This document shows, one piece after another, positions 51,965-62,869 of a DNA stretch of 64,000 nt. Every line of letters begins with the position of its first letter. The first letter of the stretch is position 1. Under the pieces are notes generated by a model, which was not told where the DNA came from, searched no databases, and saw only the letters and a program-made list of their open reading frames with translations. The DNA comes from Nageia nagi (Eukaryota > Plantae > Pinophyta), in the NCBI GenBank assembly GCA_050084985.1, contig JBITNC010000001.1, positions 58,714,001 to 58,778,000 on the forward strand. The letters are read 5' to 3'. Position numbers and translations under genes: made by a program.

Positions 51965-54900
51965 CAAGGTTGGAAAACTCAGACTTGAGAATTACCCCGC
52001 CAAGAAAAATCTGGAGAGTACTTGGCAACTTGGAGAGTACTTGGCAAAAACTCGGTACGAAAACTCGGCAAAAAAAACACGAACATTTTATGAAAGAAAG
52101 CACAAAAACATATTTAAATATGAAATTAGAGAGCTTCAATGATCATTGATTATTTGTGACCATTAATGATCATCAAAAATAGTGAATACAAAAATGTATA
52201 TTGTATATAGTCATAACTCAAAAGTAAAGTAGTTCTAAACTTCTAAATAGTAAAATCTAAAGATTGCTGGTGCTGGAATAAAAACTGAGTCTAGACTCTA
52301 AGAGTCTAACTCTAAAGTTCTAAACTACTAGTGTTGCAATCAGTGCAATGGCCTCTTTCCCCTTGTTCCGGTCCTCTTATATGTCCCCGGCTCGTTCCTC
52401 ATAGCACGTGGTGGTGAAGGATGTGGCATTGGTACATCCTCGTCCCCAATAGAATGCTCAACCTCAGGTATGTACTCATCCTCGTCCTCATCCTCATACT
52501 CATCCTCATCCTCGGGCTCCACAAATTGTAGCTGCTACACTAGATGTACTTTCACTTGCTCTAGATGTACCTTCACCTGTTCTAGATGCATCTTCATCTG
52601 CTGCTTCCCTTTCAAGTTGCTCGATGTCCTCCTCGGTGAAGATGGGTTCCACATCTTCAGCGACCTAATCTACTAGTGGATCCATAGAATCAAGGTCAAT
52701 GGCATCATAGCAATCTGTACCCTCCACTTGTCTAACATGAAGACAAAGATTGTATTGGACGAACACAAGGTCATTCAGGTGCTGTTGGCTCAACTTGTTG
52801 CATCTCTTTGTGTGAACGCTCTCAAACATGGACCAATTGCGCTCACACCCAGAAGTGCTACAAGGCTAACTCAATATCTTCATCGCCATCCTTTGAAGAT
52901 TCGGACACCAACCACCATTATCTTTCCAACAACAATCTATGAGAAAGGAATTACAATTTCAAAAACTCAATCTAGCTTTTATAAAATACTAAATTACTAA
53001 TAGTAAAAAGAGAACACATTTATAATTTTATTGATTTTAGATTATTAGCTGGTCGCAAGGTGTTCCTTGACATTTTTACAAATAACTGAACAAAGAACCC
53101 TCCCTTCAGCCTTCTTGTAGGCTTGCATCTCTTCTGAAACAAGAGCCCTAAGGTTATCATCAGGGATCATCCTATCAATGCAAGTATAGAGGCCATCCAT
53201 AACCTCATTATCAGCCTCAAAATTATCAGTATAGAAAAACTTAAGGTTCAAGTAGTACCCCGCTGCATGTAGAGGTCGATGGAGATGATGGGCCCATCTC
53301 CTATCAATGATACTCTCAAGGGAATCCAATTTATTTCTGTTTCTTTTATACATACGTTGGACATCCCCATTTGCCCTATCCATGGCCTCATATAGATAGC
53401 CCATTAGCGTCAAATCACCATCTACAAGATGAAGAACCTTGACCCAAGGTTGTGTGACCTAAAGATCATTAAAAAAAACAAATTTAGATTTAGATAAAGA
53501 AAAATACAAACTACAAACTAAAACTTGAAAAATAAAAAAAACATAAAAGAAGACTACAAACTACAAGCTAAACCTTCAAGGCCTCATCAATGCCCTTCCA
53601 AAACAAGTCATCAAACACTAGCTTTTGGACCTTCTCCCCATCATCACTATGACGAAAAGAAGACTCCCTCCATTTATCACTAAGAAACATTTCTTAAGAG
53701 GAGGTTTTGCTTCAAAGAGGCTTTGTAATGCAAGAAAATTGGAGGCAAATCTAGTGATACCTGGATGAATGATCTCCTTGCCACCCGTGCTCTCTCATCA
53801 AACTAAGCACCCAAGTGTGGTTGTAGATGAATTTGGTAATTATTTTTGCTTCATCAACCACATTTTTAATCCATAAGAGCTTGCCCATGTACTCATCACA
53901 TGGGCTGCGCATGGGCTCCAAAATAAGGTTTTATACTTCCTCTCAAACATTTTACCTGCAGAAACATATGTTGAAGTGTTGTCCGTGACAACTTGGACAA
54001 CATTTTCCACATCCACTTCCAACACCACTTCCTCAAGCAATTTGAAAATCAGCGATGCATCTTTTATTTTATCGGATGCATCAATCGACTTCAAGAAGAC
54101 CATTGATCCACTTGATGCCACCATGACGTTGAGTTGTGTATTGTTCTTTGTATCTGTCCATCCATCTGACATAATAGTGTATCCATGTTTGCGCCAATTC
54201 TTTCTTTGCTCATCTACTATGGCACTTGTGGTAAGTATTGCATCCTCAAGCAAAGGACCACTGTAATCCTTTGCGATAGGGGCCTTCATCTCTCTTCCAA
54301 CATTGATAAATGCATTCACCATGGTTGCCCAATAAGGACTACTTGCAACATTAAAAGGAATGTTGCAATAGTACCAAAAATTTGCAGTTGCTTTTCGGGC
54401 TGCTTGGATTTTATCTTTTCCCCATGATGTAGTGTCAAGGCAAGGTTGTGCCTCTGTAGGAGGAACAAAGAAACCTTCCATGGTTTTATGCCTCATTGAA
54501 CTTGGAAGTGTTGAATTTTCATTTGGATCTGAACATGGATTTTGGGCAAAGAAAGAATTTGACACTGAATCTTCAAAGCTCATGTTCCCCCCAATCCCTA
54601 CACCAACTGCCATCTTGGTCTTTTGCTTTTCTACTTTTTGTGAGGATGTAGCAAGTAAAGCTTGCATCTCACGTATAATCTCGGTAGGTGTAGTAGGAAA
54701 AAGTGCTACATCTTTATCTAGTATCCTTGCAAGATGGTATTTTAATCTATTGATACCACCACTATAAGGTCTTTTGCAAAAATTGCAAATCACTTGACTT
54801 GCAAGATTACCCTTTGTGCCATACTTCCAAGCAATATTTGTTCCTGGTGCTTGAGGAGGAGGTGCATTCAAATGGACATCATCTTCATGTTCCAGTGGAA

Positions 54901-55510
54901 AGTGAAAAAACGTAAAATTCTTATAAAAAACTCTATAAACCTTAACCCTAATTTACAAATAAAAATCACAAAATATTCCAAAAATAACAATACCGTTTTG
55001 AAGTATGGGCATTAGCATTAACATACAAAGGAAAAAAAAAATTCCATGGTGAAATTGAAAAAAAAAATTCCATGGTGAAATTAAAAAAAAAAAAAGCCAA
55101 AAACCCTACCTTTTCAAATGCACAATGATAATTAAAAAACACACAACCGGATCACAAGCTCTTGAGAAATCTGCGGTGAAATGCGAAAAATCCATGATGA
55201 AGCTCTTTAGATTGATGTTGAACCTTCGAATCTTCAAAAACTAACCTAAAGAGCAAAAACAATGAGCAAAGTGGAGAAAAAAACCACACTGGGAATGAAA
55301 TAGGCAGATTAGCCTCATTAGAGGGGCTGATTATCTTAAAAAATGCGAAATCCAGCTCTGTTTTAAAGTAGCCGAGTACTCGCCGGATTCTCGCGAGTTT
55401 CCTGGCTGGTTACTCATCGGTTACGTGCCATTACTCGGTAGTCCCGAGTTTCACCCCCCCGTACTTGGCAGGCTTCCGACTTGCGGTTTCTTGCGCATTT
55501 TCCTTCACTG
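51965..55510 (-). mobile_element. hAT DNA transposon
   Basis: Imperfect TIRs CAAGGTTGGAAAA (51965) and TTTTCCTTCACTG (55498-55510); subterminal TACTCGG/TACTTGG motifs at both ends; 8-bp TSD not clean. Confidence 0.85.
52340..54871 (-). pseudogene. hAT transposase (BED zinc finger, DUF659-like core, dimerisation region), frameshifted, with introns
   Basis: AWKY..ICNFC..GGINRLKYHL, IMSDGWTD, VVQVVTDN, WSPCAAH, MGYLYEAM, LHRPLHAAGYYLN; introns near 52940-53050 and 53460-53575. Confidence 0.9.
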
Positions 55511-57651
55511 GTTTTGGCTTCCATAGCATGCCCCAAAGTTTTAGGAAATTTGGGACGCTCAAATTTTGGCAAGGAGTCGTTTAATAGGAGTGATTAAGCC
55601 GGCTATGTGCTGAGACCAAAAAGGCGTTGGGGACCAGAATCAATGAAGGGTGATCAACATTGGACCTTTGGGGGCAATGGATCGAATTTTGGCTAAGGCA
55701 TGATTGAGCGCATATCCGAGAGGATATAACACCCATGTCCCCTCTCGACTTGCGTTGTGTCTCTAGAGGGTTCGGATGACCGTTCCAAGCAGCAACAAGC
55801 AAATTTGACGAAGTCCGAAACATCCCTCACCTTGGCGCAAGTCAAAAGGAAGACAAACTCCTTGTCTCATTCGGGATATGCGCTCAACCCGTACATGCTT
55901 TCCTTGCGCAAGTGTGGCCCAAGACACCTCCCATGACTCACCTCGGACTTGCGCCAACTTCACAGGGTTTCCAGAAGATGCTTTCGAGCAACAATAATGA
56001 AATTCGACTAAGTCTAGAACATGTCTTCCTTGGGCACATGATCGAATGAGGATGACTTTCATATCTCTTGGAGGACTTGTGTCGAACTAAAGAGCATATT
56101 TCGGGCGCATGTCCAAGGCAAGACACCAGCCTTGTCCTCCCTGGGACTTGCGCTCCCGCGCATCGATGAACTTCAAGACACACCATGTGACCCCTAGGAG
56201 ACCTGCGCCAAGCCTGTATGCCCTCTTCCAGCACAAGTGCACATCAAGACAGGGTTGGTGACCTCTCTCAGACTTGTGCTAGCCTTCTAGGAGCATCAAG
56301 GGAGTATTTTGAGCAACAAAGGAAAAAATTGGCTGAGTGTTGAGCATCCTCCCTTTGGGCGCAAGTCAGGAGGAGGACAAACACCATGACCCCTTCCACA
56401 TTTGCACTAGGTTCACATCTCTCATCTTTGGCATAAGTGTAGCAGGAGACAACATGCTGATCTCCCCTCACGCATGCGTTGTCCTTGTCTGCCCTCATCC
56501 CTAGCGCAAATCCGGACCAAGACACCTCTTTTGTCCCTCAGAACACTTGCACCAGCCTCCAAGGAGCCAGCCGACCTCGAGTTGTGTACCCGAATGCCTA
56601 GAAAACCACACAATCCCCAGGCACTTGAAGGCTTTTCCCCAGAAAACCCTAGAAATATCTAGAAAAGGGGGTAAACCAGCCTTCATTTCTACACACCAAC
56701 ATTTCTCCCTCCTTGTGAACTCACATGAGCATTGAAACTAAGACCCCTTGAAACCCTTCTAGAAGACAAGCCAAGGATTTCCTTATCTCCCTTCGCTAAG
56801 ACACTTGAGGCACCACTCTATGTCCAATGGTAGAGATGAATTCTAAGACACAGGGGGAAGAGATCAAGTTGGAGAGGGTAGGGACCATTGATGAGGCCCC
56901 GCCAAAGATAGAGCTCACCTTTGATCTTGCATCTTCAATGAGTGCATTGGATGAGGATCCTAGCCAGAGGGTGAAGGATGAGTCCACAAAGACGCACCAT
57001 GTGAGTTGGTTTGTCTTCAAGGTCAGCAACACGTTGTTTGTGACCAGAGTCTTCCTGGACAAGGATCCGAAGAAATCCCAAGACTTGGAGACTCAGACAT
57101 TGAAGGCAAACATTGGTGAAGTCAAGACCACTGGGGTAGAGCGGATCAGAGACATCACCAGGCTAGTTAAGGAGCTGGAGGAGAACCACAAGAAGACGAT
57201 CCCTGAAGAGGAGATCATACTCCTTAAGCCACGACATCCACAAGAGGGAAGACCACTCAAGAACAAGCATGCCTGGAACTAGCAAGTGTAGATGACTCCA
57301 AGATAGATGCCACGGATGAACGAGCAGCTATTGGACTCATGAATGCTAGTTGATGGAAGCCGTTGCATCCTGGATGCAATATTTTGATTTTTATTTCATT
57401 TTTGCGTAAATCAATATTTTGGATCTCAAACTTTAGAAATTTTGTTAAAGCCTTGTGATGGATGAGGATTTGCTCCCACAAGTGTTGGACTAAATTTGGT
57501 GCTGCCATGTGGCACATTTTTGATTGGATCGACGATATTTTTGTAATTTTATGTTAGTTAGGGTTAGGGCAACACTTAGGGTTGCCTTGCAAACTATAAA
57601 TAGTCCTAGAGGGCTCATTAGTGCGGGAGGAGGAATTTTGAGAATGGAACT
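55511..57651 (+). repeat. Second copy of LTR M1 (probable 3' LTR of element A), truncated by insertion of M5
   Basis: Collinear with 27756-29899, including the N39 array (55707-56554), short ORF and TATA box; similarity stops at GGAACTT. Confidence 0.9.
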
Positions 57652-58778
57652 TGTTGGGATGGAAACCTTTCCTACCGATCTGTAATCACCTTTGCACGAT
57701 CGGGACGGGGAAAACACCCAACTTTTAGGTGAGATAGCGTAACTTACCTTTTGAAAGGACTAAAACCCCAAGGTTTGTTCGTGTTCTTATTGAAGTTACA
57801 CAATTTTATATGGTTCAGGGGAACGAACTCAACTGGTTTGATAGAGGTAAAGGTTGTTAACTCACGTTTTTTTAGGGACAAGGTGTTTTTGCGATGACTG
57901 AAAGTTGCTTTGGTTTTGTAAAAAAAGAATGCAAGAAAGATGAAAATAAGCAAATAAAAGGTGAGAATGATCCAATATTGGTTAGATCACAAGATGATCG
58001 CCACAACAAAACAGTCTAAAATAAGACATTTTCTAATCGATCATGAAGTTTTCATTCATTCAATCTAGTTCAAAGTAAATGACTTTTGTCCAATTAGGTT
58101 TGAATCTAGAGCATAGGGCAGGACCGATTGTCAGTATTCTACGAACGAGACCGATGCAATCAAAAGAACTTAGCGTAGAATTTGTGCTTTTGGAACCAGG
58201 TTTGAATGAAAGCTTCAAATAGGGTATAGAAAAGAAATAGTTTCAGAATACATTTGTTTCAATGTGGAAGAGGCAAATGATGGCAAACTTAAAGCAATTC
58301 GAAATATTTTTAGAAATTTGAACAACTATTTTTTCCTAAAACTCTCAAGTTTTCAAGGAACGAAACAAAAATGTTTGAATCATGAGAGAAGGCCACAAAA
58401 TAAATCCCATTCACCACTCCACCAATGACAAATCACTTGAGAAATTGAGTCACCACTTTGTATTAGCATTTAAAAAAGTTAATAAAACTTTCCACAATTT
58501 TCTTTTTTTACAAAAATTTTGAACTTTTTCTCCAAATTTTCATTCTCCCTAAAAGTGACCCCATAGGGTCTATTTATAGAATTTCTAAGGTTCCCAAGTG
58601 TTGTCCTAATTCTATAAAAAAAATTAAAATATTACATATTTGCCTCCTACGACTAAGTCAACTACTTTTTGATTCTCTACTTGCTAGGCTGACTGATCAT
58701 GAGAGTAGGGTTAGTCGAGTTTTGGTGCTCAACTTTCCTAGCTGGCTGATTTACAAAATTTTTGAAAATGACTACAAA

Positions 58779-61700
58779 CTATGGTGGCTGGTTTGCAGTT
58801 TGCATGTGCAATGCGATGACCGTCTCGAAGTTGGCTCCTATGAAGGTTTCTCTGTTTTTGATTCCAGTGTTAAGAATTTTCGTTATCCCTTCATTCGTTA
58901 ACAGATATGTAGTAATGGTCTTTGAAGTCTTCATTTCGTTGCACCATACTACCTTATCGCTGCCATACTTGATCTGTTTTCCGGTTTTGAGGATGTTGGA
59001 CTTTATTCATCACTGTACTGTAGTCCCTGTTGCACCCATCCTCCTCGATCAATTTCAGATCAAATTGGTATTCTGCTAGCTGCCTTTTCATGTCCTCCTT
59101 GAAATTTGCCCAAACTTGGATGAAATCTTGACATTTCGTGATAGCATAGAACAACCAATCGTACTGGTAAAAGAATTGATGGCAGCACTCTAGTATCATT
59201 GGCTTGCTAGCAGCTTTTCTCCTCAGGTCATGCATCATTGAATTGTTATGGCCCCACCTACCAATCAGTTCATGGATCCTGCCTTGTAAGACGAATGATC
59301 CAGTCTCTTCAATAAAAAATTAGTTATTCCTAAGAATAACTCCTAAATGGCCTCTTTGGTCTCTTTTATCCACTTTCCCTTGATCGCTTGAATCCAGGTA
59401 TTCAAGGATATCTGTTTCCTAATGTCTTCAACTATCATGTTAGCAGCTTGGAAATCTACGATCAACCTCTTTTGCCCGGCCAATTCTCTCTTAAGCTCCC
59501 TAAGCTCTATCTTTTGTGAAGTGTTCTTCTCTGTTAGAGCCATAGCATTTGTGACTATTGCATGTTTTCTGGCCAAAGTTCCTATCTTTTTACATGGCTC
59601 CTCTTTTGTTTCCACCACTAATGCAGATTCCCCACTGGCATTTCTTTTCCTTCCTGTAGCAACGATATCGATGACGATGGAGTTATCCTTCATTGAGATG
59701 TAAGTGGCTATATGTTCAAGTTCTGTATCTGAATCTTGATTGGTTTCAAGGTCGGCACATGCTTCAGATGTGTGTATATGCTCTCAAATTGTTCAAGAGC
59801 GCCTTCATTTCGAAATTGTAACTTGGTTCAAGATCAACATCTATAACCACTTTTCTCTCAAGATACCCTTGGTGTTCATCCTCTTTCCTCTTCTTCCTCT
59901 ACATTTTGTTTTCTCATTCATCCTCCTCATTTCCTCCATCCCCTCCTGATGAGGAAGCTATTCCCTTGGACATTGGAGTCCTTGGATGAATTGGTGGAGG
60001 TTTTCTTTGAGGTGGAGGTGTCTTCTCTGCTTGTCGAGGTGTGGAAGCCCACGTAAAGGTAGGTCTTGTTGCTTGTACGGGTTCTTCCACGATAGGAGGA
60101 TTCATGGCCAGTATCTCCTTGACTGATGATTCTGATTCATCGTCTGAGATGTAAGGTATTTCTGGTATTTGGCCATCTTCTAAGGGCTCTCTGAAGAGGT
60201 CTCCTTCGTCAACTTCATATTCATCCTCGCTGTCACTGGAAGGAGTAGAAGCAGGATAACTAGGGCCAAAATAATATAATTGTTCATCTTTGGGATGGAC
60301 CTCCACCAGCTTCTTGAAGCGTTTGTATGGTGCGAAGTATCACTAGTCTCTTTTGTGCTTTTTATTTCTTGCGATAATCCTTGTATTGTTTGATCAATAG
60401 TCTGTCCTGGTTGGACAATAAGAGTAACATATTAACTAGATTGCCCCTATATCAACCTCACAGAAGATTAGATTGGTGGAGGCACGTATGGAATCGAGGG
60501 ATTCCCCTTAAGGATTATCGAAGGATGTATCCTAGCTACTACGTTCTCCTCTTGCAAACCTCTCTTTTTCTTCTTGGTTACTATCTGCAAAAGCTTCTCT
60601 TCTGCTGCCAAGTCCTTGTTTATTTCCTTGATTTGCTCTGTATCATTTACATTTCTGTACCTTTCGAGCTTTCCTAGGGACTTGGAGGGGTAATCGGTTT
60701 GCCAGGTTTTCTTGAAAAATATATCGATTACACCCTCGGGGTCATAGTACTCTACCGTCTGTTCTATTGTGAAGTTGTAGTATGCCAACTCCTTCTTCAT
60801 TGTTTTGACATGACACTAGGACATGCATTTGTACTCCTATGCAGATGGGTAACTTACAAGTGGTGGCACCTTTCTTACATCAAATTTTTTCATGCAGGTA
60901 CGACAAGCGTCTGCAAAGTTCCATTAGGATGAACCGATCATTTGAGTAACGAGGAAGTCTGTAAGGTGCTTCATTTGACCCATAGACCCTGATATATGTG
61001 GCATCCGTCTTTTCAAGATAGAAATCTGCATGTCCTTGAAGTGTTTCGATTGTCGCTTGTGAAATTCTGGTCATATTGGCAGTCCCCTTTATTTTCTTGT
61101 ATATTCGGCACTCGAATCCGTTATTCATCATTTTGAATTCGTCCCATCATCTTTCTACTTGAAATCTAGGGTAGCTCCACCATATTGGCATTTTTGGGTC
61201 AAATAGGTACTTGGTATCTGCTATGGCAGATCTTCTGTTCTTGCCATGTAGGAGCAAGAATACCATGTAAGAGCTCATTTAGAATCTTTTGGTTTCTACA
61301 AGTTTGGACAACTGTTGGGCCATGCAATTGCTGATCACCTTTCTCCATCTGATCCCTTTGCCTCTGCTGATCTGATGCATGAAGTCTACGAACTCCTTCT
61401 GGAATCTTTGGTCATTCTCTTGCCTTGTTATTCTGCATAGCATGCTGATGATGGTAGAGACGGTTGGATAGAAGTCCATTCTCTTTGGTTGGCTCAAGGC
61501 CTTTGCCTTGAAGTCTTTGCACTTGTCAACCAACCAATCTCTTATTAAGTTCCCCAACTTTGTCATGTTGTTGAAGAATTTCATAGAGTCCACCAAACTG
61601 AATATGATTCCCTCATTGCTCCAGGCAAAGGCACTCTCTATTCCCTCCATTGTGAAGTCTAGTATCTTGGTACCTTCAGTGTCGTTGAGGATTCTCTCCT

Positions 61701-62008
61701 TCATGTTGTAGTGTTTGGCTACCTCAAGGCACAATTCTAGAAATGGAGCTGTATATGGGATCATAGAGGCTTCAACGATCCTGGATTGAGTAAGTGTGTC
61801 GTTGAACAACTGTTCATGTGGGATCCTGGCCGTCTTTTCTAATGACTTGATGGGGTCAATGTGTGCCCAATCTGTGTCTCTGATCTATCCAAGGCTGTCT
61901 ACTAGCATAGCTGTAGGGAAGACAATCTTTCCTCTTTTCTCAAGGGTGATCACATTTTCTTTCATGAGTCTCCATCTGGAGCTCCTTGTTCTTCTTAGCA
62001 ATACTCAT
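58779..62008 (-). pseudogene. LTR-borne ORF (~1,075 codons, disrupted), M5 copy
   Basis: IRDTDWAH, PFLELCLEVAKHY, ILDFTMEGIESAF, IRWRKVIS..QL, YIRVYGS..PYRLPRY, LARKHAIV; upstream TATA at 62742-62749. Confidence 0.85.
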
Positions 62009-62869
62009 TGTTTAGAGCTTGTGGAACACAACAAGGTGTTAGAAGTGATACTGGGTATCCCTAGAGCGATTCTGGAGAAAAAATAAGATTCAATTTTTGG
62101 GATTTTGAGAGGCTAAGTGTGGATTTTCGAGAATTTTGAAGTTCGTTGGAAGTGGGAAACGAGTACATGGGGTGTTGGCAAACAAATCTAGGAGGCTTGG
62201 GTCAAGTCTCAAAGAAAAATATTGAGTTTTTGGTGTCCAAATTAATTCATTTTTTTAGCGCATGTATTCATTTTTGATAGGTTTTTTTGGCAGCTTCGAA
62301 GCTTGGAAAGATGGGGATGCAAAGGGGGTCATCAAGCTTCGTTTGGGTGAAGTGAATGATGGAGGATGCTCTCCTATGTAAGGTCTACCACTTTGGTATT
62401 CACTTCGAACTCCAGATCATTCAAAATTTTGGAGCCTTGAAAAAGTGTTTTTTGTGTTTTTCAGGCTTTTTGACAGGTCTAAAATGGCTGAAAATGGCCA
62501 AAAGATGGGGGAGTTCGAAATTTGGAAAATTTTTAAAAAGTAGATTTGACCTTATGGATGGATGGAGGGTGAGATTCTAAGGTTTTTGAAAATTTTTGAA
62601 AAGGTTTGAGTTTATTTTGGATCTTGTGAGCAAATTTTGGTTTTTGTGCAAGTTTGTGAGGTTTTGCGAGGATTTTGCTAAAAAATGGATGCATGGAGGC
62701 TCAAGGAGAGTGTTGTGGAGCAAATAAGAGGCTTATGGTGGTATTTATAGACTTTTTGCACCTTTTGCATGCTGCTTAGTCCTTAGGGGAATTTTGACCT
62801 AAAAAGTGTTTAGAGGTGCATTTTGCATGTTTCTTAAGGTTTTGGGGCATTTAAACACTCCATAGGATT

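Larger units (their letters stand above)
27755..57651 (+). mobile_element. Element A: non-autonomous gypsy (Tat-like) LTR retrotransposon hosting nested insertions
   Basis: 5' LTR 27755-30801, tRNA-Asn PBS, internal region split into 30824-31928, 42975-44358 and 51337-51964, second LTR copy 55511-57651 interrupted by another LTR. Confidence 0.8.

Noticed and set aside
38713-61711. Many short antisense ORFs over the long ORFs and the hAT transposase
   Set aside because: Shadow frames of real coding sequence; not conserved between copies.
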